Below, in pieces: positions 27,642 through 36,022 of a stretch of DNA of 64,000 nucleotides; the first letter of the stretch is position 1, and every line of letters begins with the position of its first letter. Under the pieces are notes generated by a model that was given only the letters and a program-made list of their open reading frames with translations, did not search any database and was not told where the DNA came from. The DNA lies in NCBI GenBank assembly GCA_045588365.1, contig JAZNEB010000024.1, positions 48,963 to 112,962 of the forward strand, read 5' to 3'. Origin of the DNA: Clostridia bacterium. GTDB lineage: Bacteria > Bacillota > Clostridia > CAKSNL01 > HGM11501. The translations under genes and the position numbers were made by a program.

Positions 27642-28538
27642 ATGAAAACAGAAAAAAATATTCTTTTTGCATTTTTATTGAATCTCTTTTTCTCCGTATT
27701 TGAATTTGTCGGGGGAATATTTACGGGAAGCATCGCAATCATTTCCGATTCTCTTCACGATTTAGGTGATGCATTGGGTATCGGCATTTCCTATTTTCTT
27801 GAGAGAAAAAGCAAAAAACAGCCTGATGGCAAATATACCTACGGCTATATGCGCTTTTCTGTTTTGGGAAGCCTTATAACCACGTTTATTCTTCTTATCG
27901 GCTCTTTAACGGTAATCTACGCCTCTTTCTTCAGAATTATGAACCCTTCCCAAATAAATTACAAGGGTATGATTGTATTTGCCGTTATAGGCTTTTTGGT
28001 AAATTCGGGGGCGGCATTTTTCACCCACGGCGGAAAATCACTTAATCAGAAGGCTGTCCATCTCCATATGCTTGAAGATGTTCTTGGCTGGGCGGTTGTC
28101 CTTATAGGTGCATTGGTAATGAATTTTACCGATATTTCCCTTATCGATCCTTTAATGTCAATGGGCGTGGCTTTGTTCATCTTGGTTAACGCCATAAAGA
28201 ATTTAATCTGTGTCCTTGACCTTTTCTTAGAAAAAGTCCCCCACGGGATTGACGTGGAAGAAATAAAAAAACACATTTTGGAATTAGAGGGAGTAAAGGA
28301 TGTTCATCATATACACATACGAAGCATAGACGGTGAAATCAATCACGCCACCATGCACATTGTTTCAAACGAAAACCCCCATAAAATAAAGGAAGCCGTA
28401 AGAAAAGAGCTCCTTGAACACGGCATTTCTCATGTAACCATTGAGCTGGAAGAAGAAAACGAAGATTGCCACGAGCATAACTGCCATATAAATACAAGCG
28501 AGTCTCCCCATCACCATCATCACCATCATCACCATTAA
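27642..28538 (+). CDS. Cation diffusion facilitator family transporter (CzcD-like) with C-terminal poly-His tail
   Basis: ORF 27567..28538; start ATG 27642 (AGGAG RBS); 6 TM, HDxxD-type motifs (DSLHDLGD), C-terminal HHHHHHHHH. Confidence 0.85.
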   Translation: MKTEKNILFAFLLNLFFSVFEFVGGIFTGSIAIISDSLHDLGDALGIGISYFLERKSKKQPDGKYTYGYMRFSVLGSLITTFILLIGSLTVIYASFFRIMNPSQINYKGMIVFAVIGFLVNSGAAFFTHGGKSLNQKAVHLHMLEDVLGWAVVLIGALVMNFTDISLIDPLMSMGVALFILVNAIKNLICVLDLFLEKVPHGIDVEEIKKHILELEGVKDVHHIHIRSIDGEINHATMHIVSNENPHKIKEAVRKELLEHGISHVTIELEEENEDCHEHNCHINTSESPHHHHHHHHH

Positions 28539-28571
28539 AAAAATCCCACAACGGTTGTTGTGGGATTTTTT
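28537..28571. terminator. 34-bp palindromic terminator, copy 1 (A6-tcccacaac-GGTT-gttgtggga-T6 + gattt)
   Basis: 15-bp stem including A/T runs; terminates czcD (+) and the HATPase gene (-). Confidence 0.75.
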
Positions 28572-28575
28572 GATT

Positions 28576-29598
28576 TTATTCTGCCTCAGATTTTATAACG
28601 TGGTTATACATTTTAGTTACATCTTCATTCATATTAACAGGAATAAGCCGAATTTCAGGATGCTGATTTTTGTAAAGAACAAAAATTTGATGTGCAAATC
28701 CCTGTCCCATCCATTCTATCCCGTAAAAATCAAGGATAACCTCCTGAAACTTTTCAAGTCTCATAAGAACTCTCTTTGCCTGAGACCTTGATACCGGAGA
28801 AGCATCAAATATATTTTTAAGCGGTACTTTCGTTTTTGCAAAGCTGCCATCATCATCTGAATACATATCAAACACTTCTTTGCTTTTTTTATGAGAGTAA
28901 TTTGACAGCGACATAATGACCATTGTGCCATTTTGGTGATTTTCCGGAAAATTAACTACATTACTTCTGTCAAATTTATCTGCCGCAAAAATTTTATCGC
29001 TTGAGACAATGAGGAAGTAATCCATCAATTTAGAACTAAAGAAAATTCCCTCTCCTGAATGATTTTTCTTATCTGTTGTAAGCTTGCCCTTAAATAATTC
29101 GCATATAGCATCATCCAGCGATGGCAATTCAAAGTGATTTTTTATTTTCTCGAAAATTCCAACACCGTTATCACTTATAATAACTTCTGTTTTTAAGTAG
29201 TTTTTTCTGATTATAACAAAAAGCCTTTCCGCACCCGAATGGTCGATAACATTATTCACCATCTCACTAAAGCTATATTCCCAAATTTCCTTTACATTTG
29301 AAGGCAAATCTTCTATATGTTTTTTCAGGGTCTCATTATATATCTCTGTTTCACTGTTTATTTCTTGTGCTTCTTTTTGGAAACAATATTCAAATGAAGT
29401 GTCTGACAATTCATATATTCCACGCTTCACACGTTTTATTACATTATTTTCAACCAATTCATTGATATAAGTATGCACAGTGTTGCGGTTGACTAAAAAG
29501 GTTTCCGCTACAATCTGAGAGGGATTTTCAACCTTTTGATCAATTTTTTCAAGAAGATACATTATTATGCGCCTCTTCTTTTCTTCGTTAAACTTCAT
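28576..29598 (-). CDS. Fusion protein: N-terminal winged-HTH + histidine-kinase-like ATPase (HATPase_c, RsbW-like) + C-terminal STAS-like (DUF4325-like) domain
   Basis: 340 aa; wHTH segment (ETFLVNRNTVHTYINELVENNVIKRV), GHKL-like N/G boxes (VNNVIDHSG...ISDNGVGIF...HSGEGIF), C-terminal STAS-like region. Confidence 0.55.
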   Translation of the reverse strand: MKFNEEKKRRIIMYLLEKIDQKVENPSQIVAETFLVNRNTVHTYINELVENNVIKRVKRGIYELSDTSFEYCFQKEAQEINSETEIYNETLKKHIEDLPSNVKEIWEYSFSEMVNNVIDHSGAERLFVIIRKNYLKTEVIISDNGVGIFEKIKNHFELPSLDDAICELFKGKLTTDKKNHSGEGIFFSSKLMDYFLIVSSDKIFAADKFDRSNVVNFPENHQNGTMVIMSLSNYSHKKSKEVFDMYSDDDGSFAKTKVPLKNIFDASPVSRSQAKRVLMRLEKFQEVILDFYGIEWMGQGFAHQIFVLYKNQHPEIRLIPVNMNEDVTKMYNHVIKSEAE

Positions 29599-29628
29599 AC
29601 CAACACCTCATTATAATATTATGCCTTT

Positions 29629-29718
29629 ATTCTATAACATAATTCTCAAAAAGTCAACAGTTATTCGTTTTAATTAAAAAGTTATTCGTTTTAATTTCCG
29701 TCAAAGCGAATAACTATA
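29629..29718 (-). promoter_or_regulatory. Promoter (TTGACT-17-TAGAAT) of the wHTH-HATPase-STAS gene with three upstream repeat sites
   Basis: revcomp 29652-29657 TTGACT, revcomp 29629-29634 TAGAAT; direct repeats GTTATTCGTTTTAATT at 29660-29675 and 29681-29696, inverted half-site GCGAATAAC 29706-29714. Confidence 0.5.
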
Positions 29719-29751
29719 AAAAATCCCACAACAACCGTTGTGGGATTTTTT
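29718..29751. terminator. 34-bp palindromic terminator, copy 2 (A6-tcccacaac-AACC-gttgtggga-T6 + gattt), loop inverted relative to copy 1
   Basis: identical stem and flanks to 28537..28571; terminates rpsI (-). Confidence 0.75.
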
Positions 29752-29771
29752 GATTTGCGAAATAATATAGG

Positions 29772-30167
29772 TTATCTCTTTGAGAACTGGGGTGCACGAC
29801 GAGCTGCCTTTAAGCCGTACTTCTTTCTTTCCTTCATTCTGGGGTCTCTTGTTAAGAAACCTGCAGCTTTTAATGCGGGTCTGAAAGTTTCTTCTACTTT
29901 AAGAAGAGCTCTTGCTACACCATGACGGATTGCGCCTGCCTGTCCGGAAACGCCACCGCCTGAAACTGTGCAGATAACGTCAAACTTTGAAAGTGTGCTT
30001 GTTGCATTTAAAGGCTGGCGAACGATAACCTTTAATGTTTCAAGACCGAAATAATCGTCGATATCTCTGCCATTGATTGTGATTTTACCTGTGCCGGGTA
30101 CAAGTCTTACTCTGGCAACAGATTCTTTTCTTCTGCCTGTTCCGTAGAACATTGTCTTTTCTGCCAT
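29772..30167 (-). CDS. rpsI: 30S ribosomal protein S9
   Basis: 131 aa; conserved C-terminus [14 protein letters not shown]. Confidence 0.95.
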   Translation of the reverse strand: MAEKTMFYGTGRRKESVARVRLVPGTGKITINGRDIDDYFGLETLKVIVRQPLNATSTLSKFDVICTVSGGGVSGQAGAIRHGVARALLKVEETFRPALKAAGFLTRDPRMKERKKYGLKAARRAPQFSKR

Positions 30168-30182
30168 TATCGTTTACCTCCT

Positions 30183-30620
30183 TTACTTAATTTCGCCTGC
30201 CCATGCCTCGGGCTTCTGAGCCTCGTGAACATGGTTTGCGTCTTTATACACTCTGAGTCTTGTAAGCTCGTTTGCACCTAAGGTGTTGTGAGGAAGCATA
30301 CCCTTAACTGCAAGATACATTGCACGTTCGGGCTTGATTTCCATCATTATCTTAGCCTGAGTTTCCTTAAGGCCGCCTACATAACCTGTGTGTCTTCTGT
30401 AATACTTCTGTTCCATCTTCTTACCTGTGAGAACTGCGTCCTTACAGTTTACGATGATAACGTGATCGCCACAATCAACATTGGGTGTGAAAGTGGGCTT
30501 ATGCTTGCCCCTGAGAATGCTTGCTGCAACTGCTGCTGTACGGCCTAAGGGCTTTCCAGCTGCATCTATGATATACCATTTTCTCTCAACGGCAGAGCTC
30601 TTTTCAAGATATGTGCTCAT
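30183..30620 (-). CDS. rplM: 50S ribosomal protein L13
   Basis: ORF to 30686 but start ATG 30620 (GGAGGT RBS) gives 145 aa canonical L13 (MSTYLEKSSAVERKWYIIDA...). Confidence 0.95.
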   Translation of the reverse strand: MSTYLEKSSAVERKWYIIDAAGKPLGRTAAVAASILRGKHKPTFTPNVDCGDHVIIVNCKDAVLTGKKMEQKYYRRHTGYVGGLKETQAKIMMEIKPERAMYLAVKGMLPHNTLGANELTRLRVYKDANHVHEAQKPEAWAGEIK

Positions 30621-30654
30621 AAAAATACCTCCGTTCTTTTTTTCAACATTTGCT

Positions 30655-30683
30655 ATTGTAATATATTTTTTCCAGCTTGTCAA
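30655..30683 (-). promoter_or_regulatory. Sigma-A promoter for rplM-rpsI (TTGACA-17-TACAAT)
   Basis: revcomp 30678-30683 TTGACA; revcomp 30655-30660 TACAAT. Confidence 0.6.
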
Positions 30684-30828
30684 CAACTTTTTTCATTTTT
30701 TTAAATTTGTATTTTCAAAGCTTCGTTTTTCTTTCGTTTTCTCCGTTTTTCTCTTTTTTTCTCATTTTCAATTTTCACTTGCCAAACAGTATTTTTTGTT
30801 ATATTATATTGTAAACGAGGTAATTTAT

Positions 30829-31473
30829 ATGGAAAAAGACTATTCTTTAATGATTTTTGATTTAGACGGAACGCTGATCGATTCCATATCCGTATGGGAG
30901 GACGTTGACATACGCTGGCTCAAACGCCACGGCATCACTCCTACCAAAGAAATTTTAGAGGATTTCAAGACCATGGACTTTTCGGATGCGGTAATTTATG
31001 CAAAGACACACCTTGGCATAAAGGAAGAAAAAGAGGTTTTATTTTCCGAATGGACCGAAATGGTCCTTTCCGCCTACTCAAACGATATATTGCTTAAGCC
31101 CTTTGCAAAGGAAATTTTGGAAAAGTATAAAAAGGAAGGCAAAAAGCTCTATCTTGCCACCTCCTGCCAGAAGGATTGTTGCTTTGCGGTGCTTGAAAAC
31201 CTGGGCATTGAATGTTACTTTGAAAAGATTTTCTTTACGCAGGACATCGGAAAGGGAAAAGCATTTCCCGATATATACGAAGAATGTGTAAAGGAATCTG
31301 GTGTTTTGAGAGACAAAATTTTAGTTTTTGACGATATTTATGATGCACTTGTCTCTTCCCACACGGCAGGTCTCGATTTTTGCTGTGTATATGATGAAAA
31401 AACAAGCAAGCCCCTTTCTTTGCTTAAAGAAAAGTCAGAATATTTTATCGAAAGCTTCAAAGAACTGTTATAA
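30829..31473 (+). CDS. HAD-IA family hydrolase
   Basis: 214 aa; start ATG 30829 (GAGGT RBS); motif I MIFDLDGTLIDS, motif IV VFDDIYDAL. Confidence 0.8.
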   Translation: MEKDYSLMIFDLDGTLIDSISVWEDVDIRWLKRHGITPTKEILEDFKTMDFSDAVIYAKTHLGIKEEKEVLFSEWTEMVLSAYSNDILLKPFAKEILEKYKKEGKKLYLATSCQKDCCFAVLENLGIECYFEKIFFTQDIGKGKAFPDIYEECVKESGVLRDKILVFDDIYDALVSSHTAGLDFCCVYDEKTSKPLSLLKEKSEYFIESFKELL

Positions 31474-31484
31474 GGAAGATTATA

Positions 31485-32774
31485 ATGACTAAGAAAACCT
31501 TTGCCGTTCACACCTTGGGATGCAAGGTGAACACCTACGAATCCAACCTAATTTCAGCCCTTTTTGAAAAAGAAGGGCTTTTTAAGGTGGATTTTTGCGA
31601 CAAGGCAGACATATATGTAATAAACACCTGTTCCGTTACCAATACGGGGGATAAAAAATCCCGCCAGGCAATTCACAGGGCAAGGAGGCAAAATCCCGAG
31701 GCTTTTATTGCGGTTTTAGGTTGCTTCGCACAAGTGAATCCCGAGGCTGTGAAAAAAAGCGGAGCTGACCTTATTTTAGGTACTGACCAAAGAGAAAAGC
31801 TGGTTTCCCTTGCTCTTTCGGGAACTTCAGAAACCTTGGTAAGAGATATATCCAGGGTATCTGAATTTGAATATCTTCCAGCTACAGATACATCGGAACG
31901 TACAAGAGCCTATATAAAAATTCAGGACGGCTGCAACAACTTCTGCTCCTACTGTATAATTCCATATACCAGAGGCAGAGTGAGAAGCAAGGACGCCGAC
32001 ACAATTATATATGAAGCTAAAAAATTAAAAGAGGCTCACTACAGAGAAATTGTTTTAACGGGCATAGAGGTTGCAAGCTACGGTAAGGACAAGGGGGATA
32101 TTGGCTTAATTGACTTACTTGAGCGCCTTTCAAGCGAGGTTTCCTTTGAAAGAATACGTCTAAGCTCCATTGACCCCAGAGCTTTTTCGGATGATTTTAT
32201 AAAAAGGCTTTCGAAAATAAGAGGGCTTTGTCATCACTTCCACATTTCAGCTCAGTCAGGCTCGGATGAAACCTTAAAACGTATGAACCGCCATTACACG
32301 GGAGAAGAATTTCTCAAAATTCTTGAAAAAATAAGAAAATTCATGCCCGATGCTGCCATCACCACAGATATTATAACGGGCTTTCCCGGGGAAACCGAGG
32401 AGGAATTTTCCGCCACCCGTTCCTTCATAGAAAAAGCCGCCTTTTCACGGTTACACGTCTTCCCCTACTCGGAAAGACAAGGAACAAAAGCCGCCGATAT
32501 GGAGCAAATTCCCGTAAATATCCGTTCGGAACGTGCTAAAATTTTAATAAACGACGGAAAAAAACTGGCACAAAGCTTCAGCGAAAATCATATGGGCAAA
32601 ATATGTAACGTTCTTTTCGAGGAAGGAACAGACGGTGTATATGAGGGCTATACCGAAAACTACTTAAAGGTTGCAGTTACAAGCAAAGAGGATATTTCAG
32701 GGGAAATTTTACCCGTTAAAATCACAAAAATATCCCAAAACGGGCTTCTTTTCGGAGTTATTGACAATTTTTAG
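31485..32774 (+). CDS. mtaB: tRNA (N6-threonylcarbamoyladenosine37) methylthiotransferase MtaB (MiaB-like radical SAM)
   Basis: 429 aa; MTTase N-domain Cys triad, radical SAM CNNFCSYC, TRAM C-terminal domain. Confidence 0.8.
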   Translation: MTKKTFAVHTLGCKVNTYESNLISALFEKEGLFKVDFCDKADIYVINTCSVTNTGDKKSRQAIHRARRQNPEAFIAVLGCFAQVNPEAVKKSGADLILGTDQREKLVSLALSGTSETLVRDISRVSEFEYLPATDTSERTRAYIKIQDGCNNFCSYCIIPYTRGRVRSKDADTIIYEAKKLKEAHYREIVLTGIEVASYGKDKGDIGLIDLLERLSSEVSFERIRLSSIDPRAFSDDFIKRLSKIRGLCHHFHISAQSGSDETLKRMNRHYTGEEFLKILEKIRKFMPDAAITTDIITGFPGETEEEFSATRSFIEKAAFSRLHVFPYSERQGTKAADMEQIPVNIRSERAKILINDGKKLAQSFSENHMGKICNVLFEEGTDGVYEGYTENYLKVAVTSKEDISGEILPVKITKISQNGLLFGVIDNF

Positions 32775-32820
32775 TTTAGGGTTTATAATATAATTATACT
32801 TTTACTACGGAGGAAAATCC

Positions 32821-33249
32821 ATGGATATAAATTCACTTAAAAAAACCGCATTCGGCGGCTATACCAAAAAAAGCGTACACGATTTTTTGGAAGAGCTTTC
32901 TTTAGAAAACTCAGTAAAGCTTTCTGCTTTAGCTGAAGAAAAAGGTCAGCTCATGGATAAAATTGCGGCTTTAGAAGAAAAAATTGCCGAGCTGGAATCT
33001 TCTTTGGGTGCCTCTGAAAAGGAAAAAGATTACGTGGCAAATGCCATTGTTTCCGCTGAAAAAGAAGCAGCAAAGATTTTGGCTGACGCCCGTATCAAGG
33101 CCGAGGAAATAAAGGAATCCACAATAAAAGAGCTTTCGGGCGAGCGGGAGCAGATTAAGGATTTAAGGATTTCCACCCTCCAGGCAATGCAGGGTTATAA
33201 AGATAAGCTTGATGCCATTTCAAAAAGACTTGGAATTGACGAAAAATAA
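32821..33249 (+). CDS. DivIVA domain-containing protein
   Basis: 142 aa; N-terminal DivIVA motif (LKKTAFGGYTKKSVHDFLEEL) plus coiled coil. Confidence 0.7.
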   Translation: MDINSLKKTAFGGYTKKSVHDFLEELSLENSVKLSALAEEKGQLMDKIAALEEKIAELESSLGASEKEKDYVANAIVSAEKEAAKILADARIKAEEIKESTIKELSGEREQIKDLRISTLQAMQGYKDKLDAISKRLGIDEK

Positions 33250-33291
33250 AAAAAAGCGTAACGGATTGTATCGTTACGCTCATTTATTTTC
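33249..33291. terminator. Bidirectional terminator (agcgtaacg-gattgtat-cgttacgct + T-rich) between convergent genes
   Basis: 9-bp stem, A8 upstream, tttatttt downstream. Confidence 0.65.
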
Positions 33292-33931
33292 TTCCCATAA
33301 TTCTTATATATCGGCAGACAAGTCTTCCCCCTGCACTTTTAACCGTTTGGTAGGAAGCTTCATTTTCTCTTCTGCATTCGTATAAAACCCTTTTACCGTC
33401 TTCTTTAAGGTGGTTACAAAGTGCCATAAGGCAGGCTTTGGCATATCCCCTTTTTCTGAAGGAGGGTGCCGTTTCAATGTGAATTTGTGCCACATCACCG
33501 TCAATTACAGCTCCCGCCAGGGAAACAACCTTGCCACTTTCACAAATTCCGTAAACAGGACCTTTGGAAAGAAGATAGGGTATATCAGATAAAAGTGCGT
33601 CTTCTTCGTCGCCTCTTAAAAGGACAGCCTCACTCTTATCCCCTGCCCTCGTTAAATCAAAGCAGTTAATTATACTTACATTTTTATCCGGCACTAAATT
33701 TTTACCTCTCATATATAAGGAAGCTATAACCTTAAGCCTTTCTATTACACTTTTATCAAAAAGACAGGTTTCTTTTTTCAGAAACGGCATAAATTCTGCC
33801 ACGGCAGAGCAGTAGTATTTTCCCTGGGCTTCTACTATGGTGCAGGGCTCCGAGATGAAATCAAGCTCGTCCTCTCTTAAGGAAAAGGCCTCTTTTTTCA
33901 CTTTAAGAAACGAAAGACAATAATCCAACAT
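33284..33931 (-). CDS. GNAT family N-acetyltransferase with N-terminal extension
   Basis: 215 aa; C-terminal acetyl-CoA-binding-like motif (RKRGYAKACLMALCNHLKEDGKRVLYEC). Confidence 0.55.
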   Translation of the reverse strand: MLDYCLSFLKVKKEAFSLREDELDFISEPCTIVEAQGKYYCSAVAEFMPFLKKETCLFDKSVIERLKVIASLYMRGKNLVPDKNVSIINCFDLTRAGDKSEAVLLRGDEEDALLSDIPYLLSKGPVYGICESGKVVSLAGAVIDGDVAQIHIETAPSFRKRGYAKACLMALCNHLKEDGKRVLYECRRENEASYQTVKSAGGRLVCRYIRIMGRK

Positions 33932-33986
33932 AAAATCACCTTTAATATAATACTATAAAAGAACTCAAAAGTAAAGGGGGAAGAAA

Positions 33987-34865
33987 ATGAAAATCGCAAT
34001 AATCGACTTAGGCTCAAATTCCGCCAGAATGACCATCTGGAACTGCAGCGAAAACAAGAGGGAAGTCATTTCAAACAGCCGTATTTATGTAAGGCTTTCA
34101 GAAGGACTCGCAGAAGACAACCTCTTAAAAAAAGAGCCAATGGCCCGTGCCTTATCAGCTCTTTCTTCCTTTTCGGAAATACTTCACAGAGAAAAGTGCG
34201 ACCATGTAATTTCCGTGGCAACGGAAGCTTTAAGGAGAGCTGAAAACAGAGATGACTTTCTCCTTATGGCAAAGAGCCTGGGCTTTTCCATTAGCATCCT
34301 CTCAGGGGATGATGAAGCTAAATACGACTTTTTTGCCGCCAAGGACCTGGTAGGACAAAACTCCGCTCTTTTAATGGATGTGGGCGGCGGAAGTCTCGAG
34401 CTTATACGGATTGATGAAGGGCAGCTTTCAGGCCACGTCTGTCTGCCTTTTGGCGCTGTGGTTATGAGTGATAAATTTGCAAATGATAAAAGAGCACTGG
34501 AAAGCTTTTTCAAGGAGACTTTTTCAACTCTTCCTCTTATTCATAATTTAAAAAATCATTTCATAGTAGGTCTCGGAGGTTCAATCCGTTCACTTTTCGC
34601 CTCTTCCTTGGGAATAAATGACGGAAATAGCCTTTCAAAAGAAGCTTTTTTGAATATTTATGAAAAAATCACTTCAACCGACAGGGAAGAATTAAAAAAA
34701 GTTCCTGCCTTTAACGACAGATATGACATAATAAACGCAGGACTTGCACCTTTTCATTCGCTTTTCACTCTTTATAATGCAGAAAAAATCGTAATCTGCA
34801 ACAAAGGTGTAAGGGAGGGTATTTTAACGGAATGTCTGGAACAAATGAACTTAAAAAAAGAATAA
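33987..34865 (+). CDS. Ppx/GppA family phosphatase (exopolyphosphatase-like)
   Basis: 292 aa; N-terminal IAIIDLGSNSARM actin-like ATPase fold motif. Confidence 0.8.
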   Translation: MKIAIIDLGSNSARMTIWNCSENKREVISNSRIYVRLSEGLAEDNLLKKEPMARALSALSSFSEILHREKCDHVISVATEALRRAENRDDFLLMAKSLGFSISILSGDDEAKYDFFAAKDLVGQNSALLMDVGGGSLELIRIDEGQLSGHVCLPFGAVVMSDKFANDKRALESFFKETFSTLPLIHNLKNHFIVGLGGSIRSLFASSLGINDGNSLSKEAFLNIYEKITSTDREELKKVPAFNDRYDIINAGLAPFHSLFTLYNAEKIVICNKGVREGILTECLEQMNLKKE

Positions 34866-35605
34866 TAAAAACCGCCGCTTCTCTGGGCATAGAGGAAATC
34901 GGCTTTTGTATCCATAAGGGCAAATCCTGCATCACCTGTCTTTTTCCCTACTATTTCAAGGACGAGAAAGACGGTAATATTTCCATGTATGCAAGAGGTC
35001 GGGATTATCATCTGGTTGCAAAAAATATTTTAGAAAAAATTCTTTCTCCATATACGGATAATTTTGAAATTTTTGCTGATATCGGCCCTTTGGACAATAT
35101 ATATGTGGCGCAAAAATCAGGTCTCGGCATAATCGGTAAAAACGGCCTTTTGATAAACGAACGTTTAGGCTCTTACTTCTTTATCGGCTATGCACTTACA
35201 GACCTTTCAATAGCTCCCGATTCTCCCTTGACTTTTTCGTGCCTTTCCTGCAATTTATGCATTAAAGAGTGCCCCGGAGGAGCTCTGTCGGAAAATTCTT
35301 TTTCCATAGAAAAATGTGCCAGTCATATTTCTCAGAAAAAAGGGGAGCTTAAAGAAGAAGAAATCAGCATCCTTAAAAAAAGCAAACTCATCTTCGGTTG
35401 CGACATCTGTCAGAAGGTTTGCCCCATGAATAAAGATAAAGGCTCCTGCCTTTCTGAATTTAAAAAGGACAGAATCAGCACCTTGAAAAAAGAGGATTTA
35501 ATTCATCTTTCCAACAGGGAATTTATTGAAAAATATGGCGACCGTGCCTTTTCCTGGCGTGGAAAGAACGTTCTTCTTCGTAACCTTGACCTTTTGGAGG
35601 ATTAA
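34832..35605 (+). CDS. QueG-like 4Fe-4S protein (epoxyqueuosine reductase family, DUF1730 + ferredoxin motifs)
   Basis: 257 aa; CLSCNLCIKECP and CDICQKVCP cluster motifs; overlaps ppx-like gene end. Confidence 0.55.
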   Translation: MSGTNELKKRIIKTAASLGIEEIGFCIHKGKSCITCLFPYYFKDEKDGNISMYARGRDYHLVAKNILEKILSPYTDNFEIFADIGPLDNIYVAQKSGLGIIGKNGLLINERLGSYFFIGYALTDLSIAPDSPLTFSCLSCNLCIKECPGGALSENSFSIEKCASHISQKKGELKEEEISILKKSKLIFGCDICQKVCPMNKDKGSCLSEFKKDRISTLKKEDLIHLSNREFIEKYGDRAFSWRGKNVLLRNLDLLED

Positions 35606-35633
35606 GAAAAATTTAAAAACACAAAAAAAATGC

Positions 35634-35662
35634 TTGACAAACCCATTCACTTATGCTATTAT
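35634..35662 (+). promoter_or_regulatory. Sigma-A promoter for tRNA-Thr/tRNA-Tyr (TTGACA-17-TATTAT)
   Basis: hexamers 35634-35639 and 35657-35662; tRNA starts 12 nt downstream. Confidence 0.65.
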
Positions 35663-35673
35663 TTAGTTGTTGC

Positions 35674-35749
35674 GCTGGTGTAGCTCAATTGGCAGAGCAG
35701 CTGATTTGTAATCAGCAGGTTGCGGGTTCGAGTCCCATCACCAGCTCCA
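35674..35749 (+). tRNA. tRNA-Thr (anticodon TGT)
   Basis: GCTGGTG acceptor / CACCAGC, D-arm GCTCAATTGGCAGAGC, anticodon loop TTTGTAA, TTCGAGT T-loop, CCA; one C-A mismatch in T-stem. Confidence 0.75.
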
Positions 35750-35758
35750 ATTAAATAT

Positions 35759-35842
35759 GGGGAGGTTCCCGAGTGGCCAAAGGGGACAGACTGTAAATCT
35801 GCTGCTTCTAGCTTCGGTGGTTCGAATCCACCTCTCCCCACC
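35759..35842 (+). tRNA. tRNA-Tyr (anticodon GTA), long variable arm
   Basis: GGGGAGG...anticodon loop CTGTAAA...variable arm...GGTTCGAATCC...TCTCCCCACCA. Confidence 0.85.
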
Positions 35843-35880
35843 AAAAAAACAGATGTCCTTTTGGGCGTCTGTTTTTTTAT
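35843..35880 (+). terminator. Terminator after tRNA-Tyr (acagatgtcc-tttt-gggcgtctgt + T7)
   Basis: 10-bp stem with 2 G-U pairs, followed by T7. Confidence 0.65.
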
Positions 35881-35962
35881 TTGATGGAGGATTCGAACCG
35901 GTGGTAGTGAATGACAGTCCGGTGGACTGTCAGAGCCACCGGATGGCTTTTCCGCAGAAAAG

Positions 35963-35987
35963 CGAATCCACCTCTCCCCACCAAAAC
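35963..35987 (+). repeat. Duplicated 3'-terminal 21 nt of tRNA-Tyr (+aaaa): 25-nt direct repeat of 35822..35846
   Basis: cgaatccacctctccccaccaaaaa identical in both places; begins inside T-loop. Confidence 0.8.
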
Positions 35988-35990
35988 AAA

Positions 35991-36022
35991 TAAAAGCCAA
36001 TGCTTTCGCATTGGCTTTTTAC
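35991..36022. terminator. Bidirectional terminator (aaagccaatgc-tttc-gcattggcttt + T5)
   Basis: 11-bp stem; overlaps stop of minus-strand Toprim gene. Confidence 0.65.

Noticed and set aside
30481-30828. Long N-terminal extension of the HAD hydrolase ORF (ORF-track start 30481)
   Set aside because: The extension overlaps rplM on the opposite strand and the T/CT-rich promoter region. A proper RBS (GAGGT) precedes the ATG at 30829, which begins the canonical DxDGT motif-I N-terminus. Similar track-start trimming was applied to czcD (27642), rplM (30620), M16 (44154), UgtP-like (43028) and others.
35881-35987. Structured insert plus duplicated tRNA-Tyr 3' end as a functional tRNA or tRNA-like gene
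   Set aside because: No 5' acceptor strand complementary to TCTCCCC, and no D-arm or anticodon arm. Only the T-loop-to-CCA segment is tRNA-like, so it was treated as an att-type partial duplication.
35659-36000. 113-aa minus-strand ORF
   Set aside because: It spans the two tRNA genes, terminators and the tRNA-Tyr fragment, and is not coding.
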